Origin: Hormiphora californensis
Lineage: Eukaryota > Animalia > Ctenophora
NCBI GenBank assembly: GCA_020137815.1
Contig: CM035352.1
Span: 6,944,001 to 7,008,000, forward strand
DNA length: 64,000 nt
Direction: 5' to 3'
Made by a program: the position numbers and the translations under genes. A model generated the notes under the pieces. It had not been told where the DNA came from. It made no database searches and saw only the letters and a program-made list of their open reading frames with translations. This document shows, one piece after another, positions 44,451 to 56,784 of this stretch (position 1 is its first letter; each line of letters opens with the position of its first letter).

Positions 44451-47400
44451 TTATTTTTTCGGTATTGACATTGGTTTTTGAGTTTTTCGAACGTTCCACA
44501 TTAAGCAGTTTTGCAGTCCATTAAACCAGTCCTGCATTGACCCATTCTTGTCTATACAAGGCAGCGGGAAGTCCGATACGCCAATCTCAACACTGAGGAA
44601 AAGATTTAGTTTTTATTTACATATCATTCACATTTGTTTAAAATGGACGGAAACTTAATCCACTATCCAGCGATTACATAGTTGCATTTAACTTACGCGT
44701 GTGACTTTGTAAAGTCTTGAGAGTGTCGCCCATCGAAAGATACCAGAGCATCTGTTCTAGCATCAGGGTTCAACCGGCACTGAGGGATGTGATAACATAG
44801 GGTTAATGGTTGCCTTGTTAGACCCTCTCTCTCTCCGCGCCCCAAATGTAAAGCATGGTTAGAACATAACATAATGGTACACTATAATACAGGGGTGGGG
44901 GAACTGATCCTATTGTTTCAAAGTCTAGTTGAAGCATGTTGGATAATCTCTAGCGCTCCTACCTTTAGAGTACAGTTGATAGGAACCATTATAGGCCGGA
45001 ATGCCAGGGAGTGAGGACAGATCGGGGCTATTATCATACAGGGGACAGAGGGAGCCACCACACTAGCCCCTGTTGCAGCTGCGTACGCTGTACTACCCGT
45101 GGGTGTAGCTACAATCACACCTAGGTAAGTTTTGGTGAGGGGGATGCAAGTATCATACCTAGGTGTGTGGTGTGATGTGGGTGTTTCTTCTTTTTTTCAA
45201 ACGCAAAAGGTATAATATCCTACAGTTCAAAAAGAAGTTGATACAATTATGTTTTTGGAAAAGCAATTCAGGGTATCATGGCCTGATTGAAATATATACG
45301 TACCATCTCCAATGACAGTTGTGACAAAGTTCTCGTCGCAGTATATATCGACCATGCAGACACCACTGTTGAGCCCTCTGTTTATTACTACCTCATTCAT
45401 GACCTGCGGAGAGGGAGAGGGAGTGAGAGAGATGGAAGGAGATAGAGGATATAGAGGGAGAGAGATGACAATGTCTGTAATCTGTCCATTATAATTAGTA
45501 CTCAGTACAATAATCGTCTATACTATCTCCCCTTCTCCACCACCTACCAATAGATTAACTACCAGCTGTCAATTTGAAGGTTTTGCATATATGTATTTCA
45601 TGCCCAGTAAGATAAACATAACTTGTCATATCGCCATGAAAGATGAGTATTTTTTATGATGCTAGTGTGCACATAACAATGAGTAAAGAATCAACTAATC
45701 AGATTTCAGACAAAAATTGAAGAAATTAGTGAGAAGAGAAAAGATACAGATGTGTCTTTGTTGAAATTGAGAACATAGTGAGGGAGTGAGAGAGAGATTG
45801 ATTGAGAGACTGTGGAGTACAATAACATGATGGGATATTGTTTAGTAAAATACAGCTCCCTTTCTACTCACTCGCCCACTCTTTCAATCTCATTTTGATA
45901 TTGGGAGAAGTTGCTACAGAGAAGTCGATCCAAGATAGTGATTCATTACCGAGAGAAATAGTGATTCATTACTGAGAGAGAAATAGTGATTCGTTACTGA
46001 GAAATATAACCAGTGTGGACTGTGAACCAAATCATATATTGTCCTATTGTGAGAACTGAGACAGAAGCTGGGGTGTGAACTGATTTAAATCATGGTCTTT
46101 TGAAAGCCATTGTACCAGCTGGCACAATGGCTTGCAAAATACCATGATTTGACCTACATATGCACGCTACGCAAGCGGTGCGTCTGCGTACCGTGTTTGA
46201 AAACCGTTTCCCCACTTTAACAAGCGGCCTTGTTACTGCTTAGTTGAGAGCGGATGCAGCACCTCACACAAATATGCCACCTGCCAAATCTTGGTATGTC
46301 TGTCTGTATGCACAAAAACTCTTCCTACTCAAATGGGGGGGGGGGGACATGTTAATTTTGTTAACTTTGTTAATATTAACATCGAAAAAACAGGTGATTT
46401 ATTAACAAAGTTAACAAAAAGTTAACAAACGTTAACAAATGCCATTTATGCCATCTAAAACCCCTTTAGCACGTATTTTTGGTATTTAACACTTGTTCTG
46501 TGAGCAAAGTTGGTCCATCTGCACGATTTACATACCACCACTACCTCTTCTACGGCTTTTTTACAGCGATTAGTTCAATTGTGTAAATTTTAATAAGAAC
46601 TAGCCAAACTAAACTGCAATTGTCAAATGACCCTAATCCACATTTTCCAACCCTAAAAATTAAATAAGACTCGTGACATTACCTTAAAACGAAAAAAATC
46701 CCAAAAATCTATTTTTCTAAAAAAACACAAGGATTTGTAGCGAAGCAAATTTTCAATCTTTGACCAAAAAATTGATTTTGGAAAAATTTTATTCCTTTTT
46801 CCAACAGAAACGTTGTATATCATCTTGTTAAGTCCAAAGAATCGATTACCAATGAAAAAATTACGTTAAAGTGAGATTTTAGACGCTTAATTGAAATATT
46901 TGTAACTTTTGGATTTTTATCGATTTTGAGCCAAAAAACCTGTATGTCGGACTTTGGTTATCGGAAAAGGCCATATTTGGGTAAATATGTGTTAGGTAAG
47001 TCATTAAACTATAAAATTAAACCAGTTAAAATCGTATTATCAACCAATAAGAACAGTCTTTTAGCATTTGTTAATTTTGTTAATTAACGTTAATTAACGT
47101 TAATTAACAAAATCGAAAAAAGAGGTGATTTATTAACAATTAACATGTCCCCCCCCCCCCCACTCAAATATATGTCTTGCCGCTCTACGGATGAAAATGG
47201 AACGACTATTTTCTCATGTTCTGTCGGGGGAAAGGGTTTTCTCAAGTAAATCGGCGTTCCAGTAACACTCATTTACCTGGTAGCACTCTGGAATGAGATC
47301 TGATTCTTCATCAGAGTCCCCATCTCCACTATCATCCCCACTGGTGACTGCTGCCGGAGCACTGCTCCACAGGGTGGTATCAAGTCTGTTCCGTAATGTG

Positions 47401-49988
47401 AACCCCATAGTTCCTGCAGGAAATAGTAATGTGAATCCCATAGTTCCTGGGAGAAATAGTAATGTGAACCCCATAGTTCCTGGGAGAAATAGTAATGTGA
47501 ATCCCATAGTTCCTGGGAGAAATAGTAATGTGAACCCCATAGTTCCTGGGAGAAATAGTAATGTGAACCCCATAGTTCCTGGGAGAAATAGTAATGTGAA
47601 TCCCATAGTTCCTGGGAGAAATAGTAATGTGAACCCCATAGTTCCTGGGAGAAATAGTAATGTGAATCCCATAGTTCCTGGGAGAAATAGTAATGTGAAC
47701 CCCATAGTTCCTGGGAGAAATAGTAATGTGAACCCCATAGTTCCTGGGAGAAATAGTAATGTGAATCCCATAGTTCCTGGGAGAAATAGTAATGTGAACC
47801 CCATAGTTCCTGGGAGAAATAGTAATGTGAACCCCATAGTTCCTGGGAGAAATAGTAATGTGAACCCCATAGTTCCTGGGAGAAATAGTAATGTGAACCC
47901 CATTGTTCCTGGGAGAAATAGTAATGTGAACCCCATAGTTCCTGGGAGAAATAGTAATGTGAACCCCATAGTTCCTGGGAGAAATAGTAATGTGAACCCC
48001 ATAGTTCCTGGGAGAAATAGTAATGTGAACCCCATAGTTCCTGGGAGAAATAGTAATGTGAATCCCATAGTTCCTGGGAGAAATAGTAATGTGAACCCCA
48101 TAGTTCCTGGGAGAAATAGTAATGTGAATCCCATTGTTCCTGGGAGAAATAGTAATGTGAACCCCATAGTTCCTGGGAGAAATAGTAATGTGAATCCCAT
48201 AGTTCCTGGGAGAAATAGTAATGTGAACCCCATAGTTCCTGGGAGAAATAGAGAAAAATGTGTTTGTTTATGAGGGATGAATAGATCAAGCTTTTGTTTT
48301 TAGTTGCTATCTTTTACATACAACTTTCTCACTCACCACCCAAATATTCTGGGTTGAACTGAATTTTAGCACCCTGATGATGATAGTGTATGTGATGAGA
48401 AGAAAAGAAAACACAAGCCCACACACAGTCTAGGAAGGAGGGGGCAAGTTTGTTGGTTTACCAGAACACACACGTGCACTCTCTTTCTCACTGCTCACAT
48501 GCAGAGTGAGAGTGCACGTATGTAGTACAGTAATGTGTGTGTGTGAGGTATATAAATCAAGATATTATTAATCATTCTCCGCGGCTCTGGAGAATGTGTG
48601 CAGGTCATGATGCGGACGTGCGTCATTGTAAACATGATTTAAACGGTGATTACTCATTTCTCTGCTTTCTTTCCCTCTCTCTCTGCCCTATCTCTCTCTC
48701 TCTCTCTATGCGTCTGCAACGTTGTAATATCCCGTCCGACTGATTCCAGACTTTCCCGCAATTTCTTGAACTACCAAACCCTCACAGACTGGCGTTAGCC
48801 ACACGTCACAAACAGTTTCTTACCTTTTAAAACCTTTTGCAGAACAGTTGGGAACTCTTTAAAGTCAAATGGAGTTAGAAAACCAAGGGATCCCAGATTA
48901 AACGCAATTATTGGCGGTACACTATTCTGAAATGATATTATTTTGAGAAGTGGTCAATACAGTGGGCTCCGGTGGGCTGTAATTTCAATTGTGTAAACCT
49001 TTGGTACCATTTTGAAACCCAAATTTACAATCAAAAGGTATGGACTTCACAAATCTACACATCCGTGTTTGATAAACAATTGTCCGAGCTTCGGTTTAGT
49101 TTTAACAAAATAGCCCCTACCTGAAAGAGGGAGGAGGCGTATAACAGGGTTCCGTCTCCACCCAAGCATATTATAAAGTCGATTTTATTACTGAGTTTAT
49201 CGGTGCCTGAAAGGAAGGATGTGGGTAATGTTAAGGAGCAAGACGTCTCCAGGAGATCTCCGGAGGTGCAAGGGAGGCCGTAATGGTATTGAACCACACT
49301 GTGTCTCAGTGTTTGTTCGTGCAAGAAGCAGAAATGAGCTGACCAAATAAATCTGCCAAAAAGAAACCACAATATTGTCTTTGTTTAGTTACTGTGTTAA
49401 TAGTGTTTACTCACCATCCCGCCACACTTTTATATGATCAATCAGCTCACTAAATTCAGTGTCCAGGTTCTTCTTTGTGATGTTCTGAAAGTTATCATAA
49501 CTCGCCGATTTTGGCATATCGCCAGATTTCTGCTGCTGTAACTCCTCAAAATCCTTCGCCTCAACGAATACGTCTAACCGTTTATTCTACGAGAGAGAGA
49601 GTTGGGATATTTATTGAATCAACGTAATTCTGCCAGTTCACAGCAGTGCAGTTGTAATGGGAATCGGGACTGATGTCTGATGGATAATTTATTCAGTTAT
49701 TTATTTCTAAGAATCTACTGATTACGAATTTAAGATGCCGAATTCTATTTCAAATTGGAGTTTGATCCTTGATTCTATGCACGCATATAATTCTGTCCAC
49801 CCCTCGCGAGTAGTGGGGGTCCTAAAAATAGTGCTTCTTTGTTTTCGCAAAATCACAATGAAGCAGTTGACGCTGCAATCAAACTGGGGCAACAAATCCC
49901 AACAGATAATGCTTGCCTTTTTCATAAATAATATTTAGCATTTAGTTATGAAACATACAGACAAATAAACAGACAAGCAAACAAATAA

Positions 49989-50028
<40 letters not shown>

Positions 50029-53000
50029 CAAACAGACATACAGTGTATGTTTGTTTGTCTAGTCTATCAGATACATACCGTAATGAGCCAGATACAGAGC
50101 ATTTTAAATTTCTTCAAAACAGCCGGGTCATGGTACTTCTTGATTATTAGACAGTTTGTTGGGGGCCTTGTCCACGATAAATGTAACTGCTTTGATAAGC
50201 ATCTGTGGGAGAGAGACTGGATGAGTTACGTGACGTAAAATTACTTTTTGAACCCTGAACCCCAGCCCTTCCCCTCTTTTTGGTGATATATTGGTACTCT
50301 AGCGATAGAACTGAGAAGGTGGATCGCGATTTGTGAGTCTTGTTTTGTACGTGAATCTACTAATAATAAGCTAAAACAAAAGGTTAAAAAAACGAAACAT
50401 TGAAAAACCTGTAAAAGCATTGTCAGAATGGATTCTAATGCAAACCGAACACCGAATGGTCGTTATAAAACGATGAAAAAGAAATCAGAGAATAAAAGGG
50501 ACAGAGTGAGAGAGGGCCGAATAAAAAAGAGGGACTAGAGAAAGAGAGAAATAGGGAGGAATGTGCATGACATAATGTAATGACATTAATGTCCTATCCA
50601 GTCGACTTGGTAACTTTTTAAATAAGCTGTTTTATGATTTATCCGTCCTGTTTATATTCCCCAGCACCAGATTATGCAGTTTCGTCCATTTGTACCTCTC
50701 CAGTTATGTCATTGATCAAACCGAGTAGAGGACAATGGCTATTTTATCTAAAGGGGACACTGGTACGGGCTCCACCTTACACAATGGGTCTTTTTGATAA
50801 ACGTACCATCCCCCTCTTTTATTCACTGTTTCACCAATCACAAAGCTTTCCTAACAAGCTTCTGCAAACCCCACACCCCTCTCCAGTCTCCTCCTAACTA
50901 TCACCCACACCCCTCTAACAAGAAGAGTCTCATTAGAAGAATAATACAACAAAACCCCTTCTTACTCAAAGGAACAATGACTAGCACGGGACCCCCTTCC
51001 CCGGGCTGCTACTTGCTGCCTTGTTATAATGGTCTAAGAAAGGGTCGACAAAAGATACCATCCATTCCAACAATGACACCCGTCACCCACAATGGTAGTT
51101 CACCCCTCCCCTCTCTGGTAGTTCAACCCCACAACAACAATGACCCCTCCCCCACACTCCACTAACAACAATACTCCACAATGTCCCACCTTCTATTGAG
51201 ATGGTGAAGGGTACGATGATGATGGTGCTGTCTCCAATAGCAGTTATTAGTCTGATGGGCTGATGATTCTATAGTCATACTGGTATAACAGAGATCTAAA
51301 CAATGATTCTATATAGTCATTCTATAGTCATACTGGAACAAGATAGATAATATATGTCTCACACGACACGCCCTATTGTACAACAGCTAAAGGGGAAACA
51401 TACTGGACACTAGTATGCAGATCTAGAAACACTGCAATCAGTTCAAAAAGCACACTGAAACAATTAATCAGATGTGTAGGGGCGGTATCGGTCGTTCACA
51501 CTTTATTAACAAGCAGAGTTATTAAAATTGACGGACGACCACTGCAGGTTCGATATCACTCAGAATAATTCTTAGGAATGGAAATCCAGTTTGTGAATTG
51601 CCGAAATTTATGGAGAAAACGGCGGATATTAATTCGCCCAAAAAGTCAAAAACTACGCAAAAACAGTTGTTAGCGGAGGTGTTATTGAGGTATTTTCAAG
51701 CTGTTGACAATGAGGCTAATCGCTATCAATTCACAGGTCCCACGAGTCACGACACACTAACAACAACAACAATACGAGAGAGGGAGAAAAAATGAAATCT
51801 ATTTTTGGGTGATATTTTTCTATGTTTTGCTACATGTGTATCGCATAATAAATGTGACCGGAATAATAATGGAATTTGGTCCTTTTCCGTTTCGATGTTA
51901 TGATGTTGTTACTCAGTTTTCTAGTGCCGGTAAAGAATCGTGACGTGTGTTGCAGCTATATAAACATCAAAACTTCTCATATAATCAAACATATACATAT
52001 AATCGGTTTAGTTTATCGCCCTTTCGAATTTCTGTTATTGTTGTTTCCAATATAGCAGGCATGTACAACAGCCAAAAATGAACAGCAGGCATGTACAAAT
52101 CAAAGGTTCAATGGGAGAAGAAGGGTGTGTGCAGAAAGAGAGTTAGAAGCTAAGGAACCAAGTGAGAGTGGTTGAGAGATTGTTATGTTTGAGGGTCGAA
52201 CAAGGCAATGGAGAGATTGTTTGAGAGAGAAAAACAGCTGACACAACAGCTGCTCAACCTGATTATTACAAACTAATGACTCTTTTCTCACGCTTTTTAT
52301 CTTCACTCACTCACTTTATTTTAGTCTCCCCATTATTCCTTTCCTTCTCTCTTCTCCACTCTTTAGTTAACCGCCCTCTTCGCTCATTACCCCTCATTTT
52401 TCACCCTAATTAAATAATGCATATTTTAGATCACGTTCGGTAGCAGTACTCAAGTCTCAACTGGGGTTTTTTAAAAAGACCGCTACAATCCCAGTAAAAA
52501 GAGTGTGCTAATTTGCGGCCCACAATAAATTATATGAAAAGAAGATGAGTAAAAGAAACGTGTTTATTAAAGAAACAAAATGAATGAATGACCTTTGACT
52601 ATGCTGATTATGTAAAGTCACGTGCTTTGTTTTCTTTTGAAGAATAGTATTATGACCACCTTATGACCAACATGTGTGGTATCTCAAGAATATATAATCA
52701 CAGTGGTTACTGCCCCCAAAATATAAAATAAGGGGGATTTATAGTATAGTTTATAGTATATAGTATAGTAGTATAATACCCACCACGATAAATCCACTAA
52801 ACTCCCCACTACCCCCCCCCCCCACTACTACCTGCATATTTAATGCTACATATTATTACTCATACCATACTCACACAATTGCATCAACTTACACTTTAGT
52901 ATCCTCAACAGTCATACTGTTCCGGCCAAAAAATGTCGACTCCGTCTTCTTCAGTTTCCCTATTTTCCTCTGTCCCTGTTCCGGTTTGAGTAACCCAGCT

Positions 53001-53056
53001 TCTCCGCCACTCCCTCCATTACTTTGTTCAGTCCCCCCATCCGTTCCCTCAGACAT
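44451..53056 (-). CDS. NADK: NAD kinase, multi-exon
   Basis: Exons 53056-52893, 50202-50079, 49586-49415, 49206-49121 ([13 protein letters not shown]), ~48927-48823 ([10 protein letters not shown]), 47413-47277, 45403-45304 (VMNEVVI..GDG), 45120-44963 ([16 protein letters not shown]), 44779-44697 (SFDG), 44592-44451 (DWFNGL..CL.WNVRK, TAA). Confidence 0.93.
46335..47161. mobile_element. G-run/C-run terminated MITE with 8-bp TSD in an NADK intron
   Basis: ACTCAAAT|G12ACATGTTAAT...ATTAACATGTC12|ACTCAAAT, subterminal GTTAAC/TTAACAAA repeats. Confidence 0.8.
47393..48250 (-). repeat. 33-bp minisatellite, ~26 copies, each containing the NADK 3' splice site
   Basis: Minus-strand unit CTATTTCTCCCAG|GAACTATGGGGTTCACATTA; open reading as ([11 protein letters not shown])n. 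Confidence 0.95.
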
Positions 53057-53473
53057 TGTGGAGCTAGACAGAGAATATATGAGATTGAGATTTATAGGAG
53101 GGGCGGGGTTTCATTTTCATTCATTTCATGGAGGGTGATTGGAAGGGGGGGGGGGGGGTAAACAAGAGTAAAGAGCTTTGTGTTACTAATGAACGATATG
53201 TTTGAAACAAAATAAAAGTAACACTACAATATTAGACATGCAAAATACACATAATGATCAATACTTTCTAAAATAAAAGTGTTACAGTAAAACGTGTTTC
53301 TAAATGTCCTGCATTCTCCATCATCATCATACACGTTACACCACCGACCACTGACCAGTCTATATCTAGTAGGTAAACACATTCGTTCAACCAACAAATC
53401 CACTCTTAAACCATCTAGTCTCTCCCGACTTCGAACGCATGATGCGACCTCCTGTTCATCTATACTGTTTGAT

Positions 53474-55123
53474 CTAAACACGGTTTTTCTTGATGAACGA
53501 GATGAGACCATTAGTAGAGCTATCCTCACTCGTCACCTCCCCATCTCCCTTCAGTAGGGGCTGGATCTTAACAGCCAGCTTCTTGCCCAACTCAACCCCG
53601 AACTGATCATAACTGTTGATGTTCCAAATCACCCCCTGAACAAAGATCTTGTGCTCGTACATTGCAATCAGTGCACCTAACATGGCTGGGGTTAGTTTGG
53701 AGAACACGATGCTATTGGTGGGACGATCACCTGGGAATTCAGTGAAAACACTCAGCCTGTCTTGTTCCTCAGGGGTTAACTTGCTCAGCATGGATCTCGC
53801 CTCCTGGTTATCCCTCCCCATCATGAGGGCAGTGGTTTGGGCGAGGAAGTTGGCCGTTAGGATCTCATGGTGATCACCGATTGGGTGGTGAGAGTTGACC
53901 GGGAGGATGAAATCACAAGGGATTAGTTTAGTTCCCTGGTGGATCAGCTGGTAGAAGGCGTGTTGGCCGTTAGTTCCTGGTTCTCCCCAGACAATAGGTC
54001 CCGTGCTGTACCGCACCTTGTTTCCCTCGCGAGATACTCCCTTTCCATTGCTCTCCATGTCACCCTGTTGGAAGTAGGCTGCAAACCTGTGCAGGTATTG
54101 GTCGTATGGGAGGATGGCGTGAGTTTGGGCGCCCATAAAGTTGTTGTACCAAATACCAAGGAGAGCCAGAATGACAGGGATGTTCTTTTCAAGGGGAGCA
54201 GAAACGAAGTGTTGGTCCATGGAGTGGGCTCCCTCGAGCAGCTTGATAAAGTTGTCACTGCCAATGTAGCACATAATGGTCATACCAATAGCAGACCAGA
54301 GAGAATACCGTCCACCGACCCAATCCCAAAACTCGAACATGTTGTTCGTGTCAATGCCAAATTTGCTGACCTCCGCGGCATTTGTTGACAAGGCGATGAA
54401 GTGTTTTGGGACTCCTTCGTCACTTGCAGCCTTCGAAATAAACCATGCACGTGCAGTTTTAGCATTTGTAATGGTTTCAAGGGTGGTGAAAGTTTTACTG
54501 GCAATGACAAACATGGTCGTTTCGTAATTCAGCTTTTCCAGAGTTGTGGCCATGTGGGTTCCATCGATGTTGCTGACAAAGTGCACACTGGGCCCATCTC
54601 CTCGGAAGGGTTCCAATGCTTCAGTTACCATAACGGGACCAAGGTCTGATCCACCAATTCCAATATTGACGACATCTGTAATCGGCTTCCCTGTTACACC
54701 TTTCCACGTACCGTTGCGGAGATTGTCCGCAAAGCCCTTCATCTTTTCGAGTACACGATTAACGTCTGGCATGACATCCTTCCCGTTAACGAGAATGGGG
54801 AAGTTGCTTCGATTTCGAAGGGCCACGTGGAGGACAGATCGCTTTTCGGTAAAGTTGATCTGGTCGCCGCTGAACATTTTGGCACGCATTCCCTCGACAT
54901 CTGCTTCTTTTGCGAGATTAAGGAGCTCGATTAGGACCTCTGGGTTTATTTTGTTCTTTGAGTAGTCCACCAGCAAGTTCAATCCGTCGATTTCAATTTC
55001 CTGATGATACTTAGCAAACCGATCCGGATCCTCCTTGAAGAGGTTTTTCAGTTGAACAGACTTGTACTTCTCAGCAAGAATTTCCAGAGCTTTAAAGCTT
55101 GGCTGTTTGTCGAAGTCAGTCAT
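53474..55123 (-). CDS. GPI: Glucose-6-phosphate isomerase, intronless (549 aa from MTDFDKQ)
   Basis: [87 protein letters not shown]. Confidence 0.97.
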   Translation of the reverse strand: MTDFDKQPSFKALEILAEKYKSVQLKNLFKEDPDRFAKYHQEIEIDGLNLLVDYSKNKINPEVLIELLNLAKEADVEGMRAKMFSGDQINFTEKRSVLHVALRNRSNFPILVNGKDVMPDVNRVLEKMKGFADNLRNGTWKGVTGKPITDVVNIGIGGSDLGPVMVTEALEPFRGDGPSVHFVSNIDGTHMATTLEKLNYETTMFVIASKTFTTLETITNAKTARAWFISKAASDEGVPKHFIALSTNAAEVSKFGIDTNNMFEFWDWVGGRYSLWSAIGMTIMCYIGSDNFIKLLEGAHSMDQHFVSAPLEKNIPVILALLGIWYNNFMGAQTHAILPYDQYLHRFAAYFQQGDMESNGKGVSREGNKVRYSTGPIVWGEPGTNGQHAFYQLIHQGTKLIPCDFILPVNSHHPIGDHHEILTANFLAQTTALMMGRDNQEARSMLSKLTPEEQDRLSVFTEFPGDRPTNSIVFSKLTPAMLGALIAMYEHKIFVQGVIWNINSYDQFGVELGKKLAVKIQPLLKGDGEVTSEDSSTNGLISFIKKNRV

Positions 55124-55546
55124 ATCTAAGCTATCCGAGAAGTGAGGGATAAGGACGAAGCACGGGAGACTGGAGAGCAGTGAGAAAAAGGGCGGCTGGA
55201 AATGTGTAAAAAAGTGCTGCCTGTGTGAATCAGAACGCATTAACTGATGAAGTGGCGGCCGCGCGGCATTTTGGACAAAATGGTGGAATCAGCGATCAAA
55301 ATATTATTCGCGCTGCATTTTGAGCCGCGCATCTAAATTTACATTTAGATTTTTCTTAAAATTTTTCCTAAATTTTTCTTAAACTCGCCAGTCGGGGTTT
55401 TTTTAGCAACAGTTCGGCCCGGGCGCGATTATAATCTGGGTGCCTTGCAGCCTGTTTACAGGTGCGCGCTACCAAAAGAGTATACTTAGACCGACTTTTT
55501 TCAAACGGCTATAGCCATGGAACCACATGGCCGATTTGAGTAAACT

Positions 55547-55583
55547 AAACTTTTCAACACTACTTTAAACAAATTAATTTGAG
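55547..55583 (+). other. Spliced-leader (SL) exon sequence at the 5' end of the L2-like LINE
   Basis: AAACTTTTCAACACTACTTTAAACAAATTAATTTGAG, identical to 13299-13335, ending 13 nt before the ORF1 ATG at 55597. Confidence 0.8.
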
Positions 55584-55596
55584 ATCTCCTCGCAGG

Positions 55597-56784
55597 ATGA
55601 CAGGACCGCCCGACGAGGGCAGGCCGGAAGCTATGACGGAGCAAGATGGACCCCTACAACAACTTGAATCGGAGCTAGCAGAACAAAACATCCTCCAGCT
55701 TCTGAAGGACGATTCTGACGTCCCTAGAAACAAACCCAATCGTGAGACCCTATGGACGCTCCTGAAGAAAGCGTACAATGCTGTATGCTCCTTGACTGAT
55801 GCACATGCTCAGACAACAAATGGAATGAATGACGAGAACCTCGGCAAGCGGTTTGAGGCGTTGCAGAATAATGTTCTCGCTGCTGTGACTGCGGAGATAT
55901 CGAAATTGAAGAACTTTCATCCGAAAGCTGCTCAAGACACTCCAACCGCTCGTATCAACATGAATTCAACTATGCCACCTGTCAACTATGCTGAACAACT
56001 CAAGAAACCAGTCACCAAGGCTCATTTATCCCTATCCGGCGATTCAGGTCAACTTTCTGCTGCTAACAAACTTTTAAAATCTGTGCCAACCACGTTTCTG
56101 AGGAACAAAGATGACGGATCTGTTCTCATCGGATTTGACTCGGAGGAGGCTATGACGAAAGCCAAGGACAGTATTGCTGTATCAAGTCCCGACGTGACAT
56201 TGGAAGAAAAGGTGAAAACGAAGAAGCTGACGATCAAAAACGCCGATGTTTCATCCTTCCCCATCGAGAGCACTGAGAAAATGAACAAAGAGATGATTCA
56301 GAGAAATGATGCCAATATTATAGAGATGCTATGCGAGAAAAATAATGATGTGAAAAAGATGATTGATGATGGCGAAAGAATTGAGATAGTGCACTTTAAG
56401 CGACATTTTCGTGATAAAGACCTAGCTACAATTGCAATTCGTGTTACTTATAGGCTATTTAACTACATGCATACTAAGGGGTTTGTGTTCATGGGAAACT
56501 CCTTCTCAAGAGTAGAGGAGAGATTCCATGTCCGCCAATGTTTTACTTGCCAAAAATTCGGTCACATCGCCTCTGAGTGTACGGCGAAAACCCCAACCTG
56601 CTACCGCTGTGCCGGCCCCCACATTGGTCGAGACTGCGATAGTAAGGATGGGAATAACCAATGCTGTGCCAATTGCTCACAGTCCAGTGACCCTCATTTC
56701 CAATCATGTGCATCCACACACAACGCTGCTTCCAAAGACTGCCCGAGCTACCTGAAACGAATCCAGAACCCAAAAAACTTCTAA
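55597..56784 (+). CDS. LINE ORF1, gag-like with three zinc knuckles
   Basis: CFTCQKFGHIASEC, CYRCAGPHIGRDC, CANC...HNAASKDC; N-terminal coiled-coil-like region. Confidence 0.85.
   Translation: MTGPPDEGRPEAMTEQDGPLQQLESELAEQNILQLLKDDSDVPRNKPNRETLWTLLKKAYNAVCSLTDAHAQTTNGMNDENLGKRFEALQNNVLAAVTAEISKLKNFHPKAAQDTPTARINMNSTMPPVNYAEQLKKPVTKAHLSLSGDSGQLSAANKLLKSVPTTFLRNKDDGSVLIGFDSEEAMTKAKDSIAVSSPDVTLEEKVKTKKLTIKNADVSSFPIESTEKMNKEMIQRNDANIIEMLCEKNNDVKKMIDDGERIEIVHFKRHFRDKDLATIAIRVTYRLFNYMHTKGFVFMGNSFSRVEERFHVRQCFTCQKFGHIASECTAKTPTCYRCAGPHIGRDCDSKDGNNQCCANCSQSSDPHFQSCASTHNAASKDCPSYLKRIQNPKNF

Noticed and set aside
47393-48250. CRISPR-like array or a 326-339 aa repeat protein
   Set aside because: Units are contiguous with no unique spacers, context is eukaryotic, and the long ORFs arise simply because a 33-bp unit lacks stops in several frames.
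53649-54965. Several + strand ORFs overlapping GPI
   Set aside because: Antisense shadows of the GPI coding sequence.
55124-55240. 39-aa N-terminal extension of GPI (588-aa ORF)
   Set aside because: Homology begins at MTDFDKQ; the extension is a pyrimidine-rich tract ending in AG just before that ATG, more like an acceptor region.
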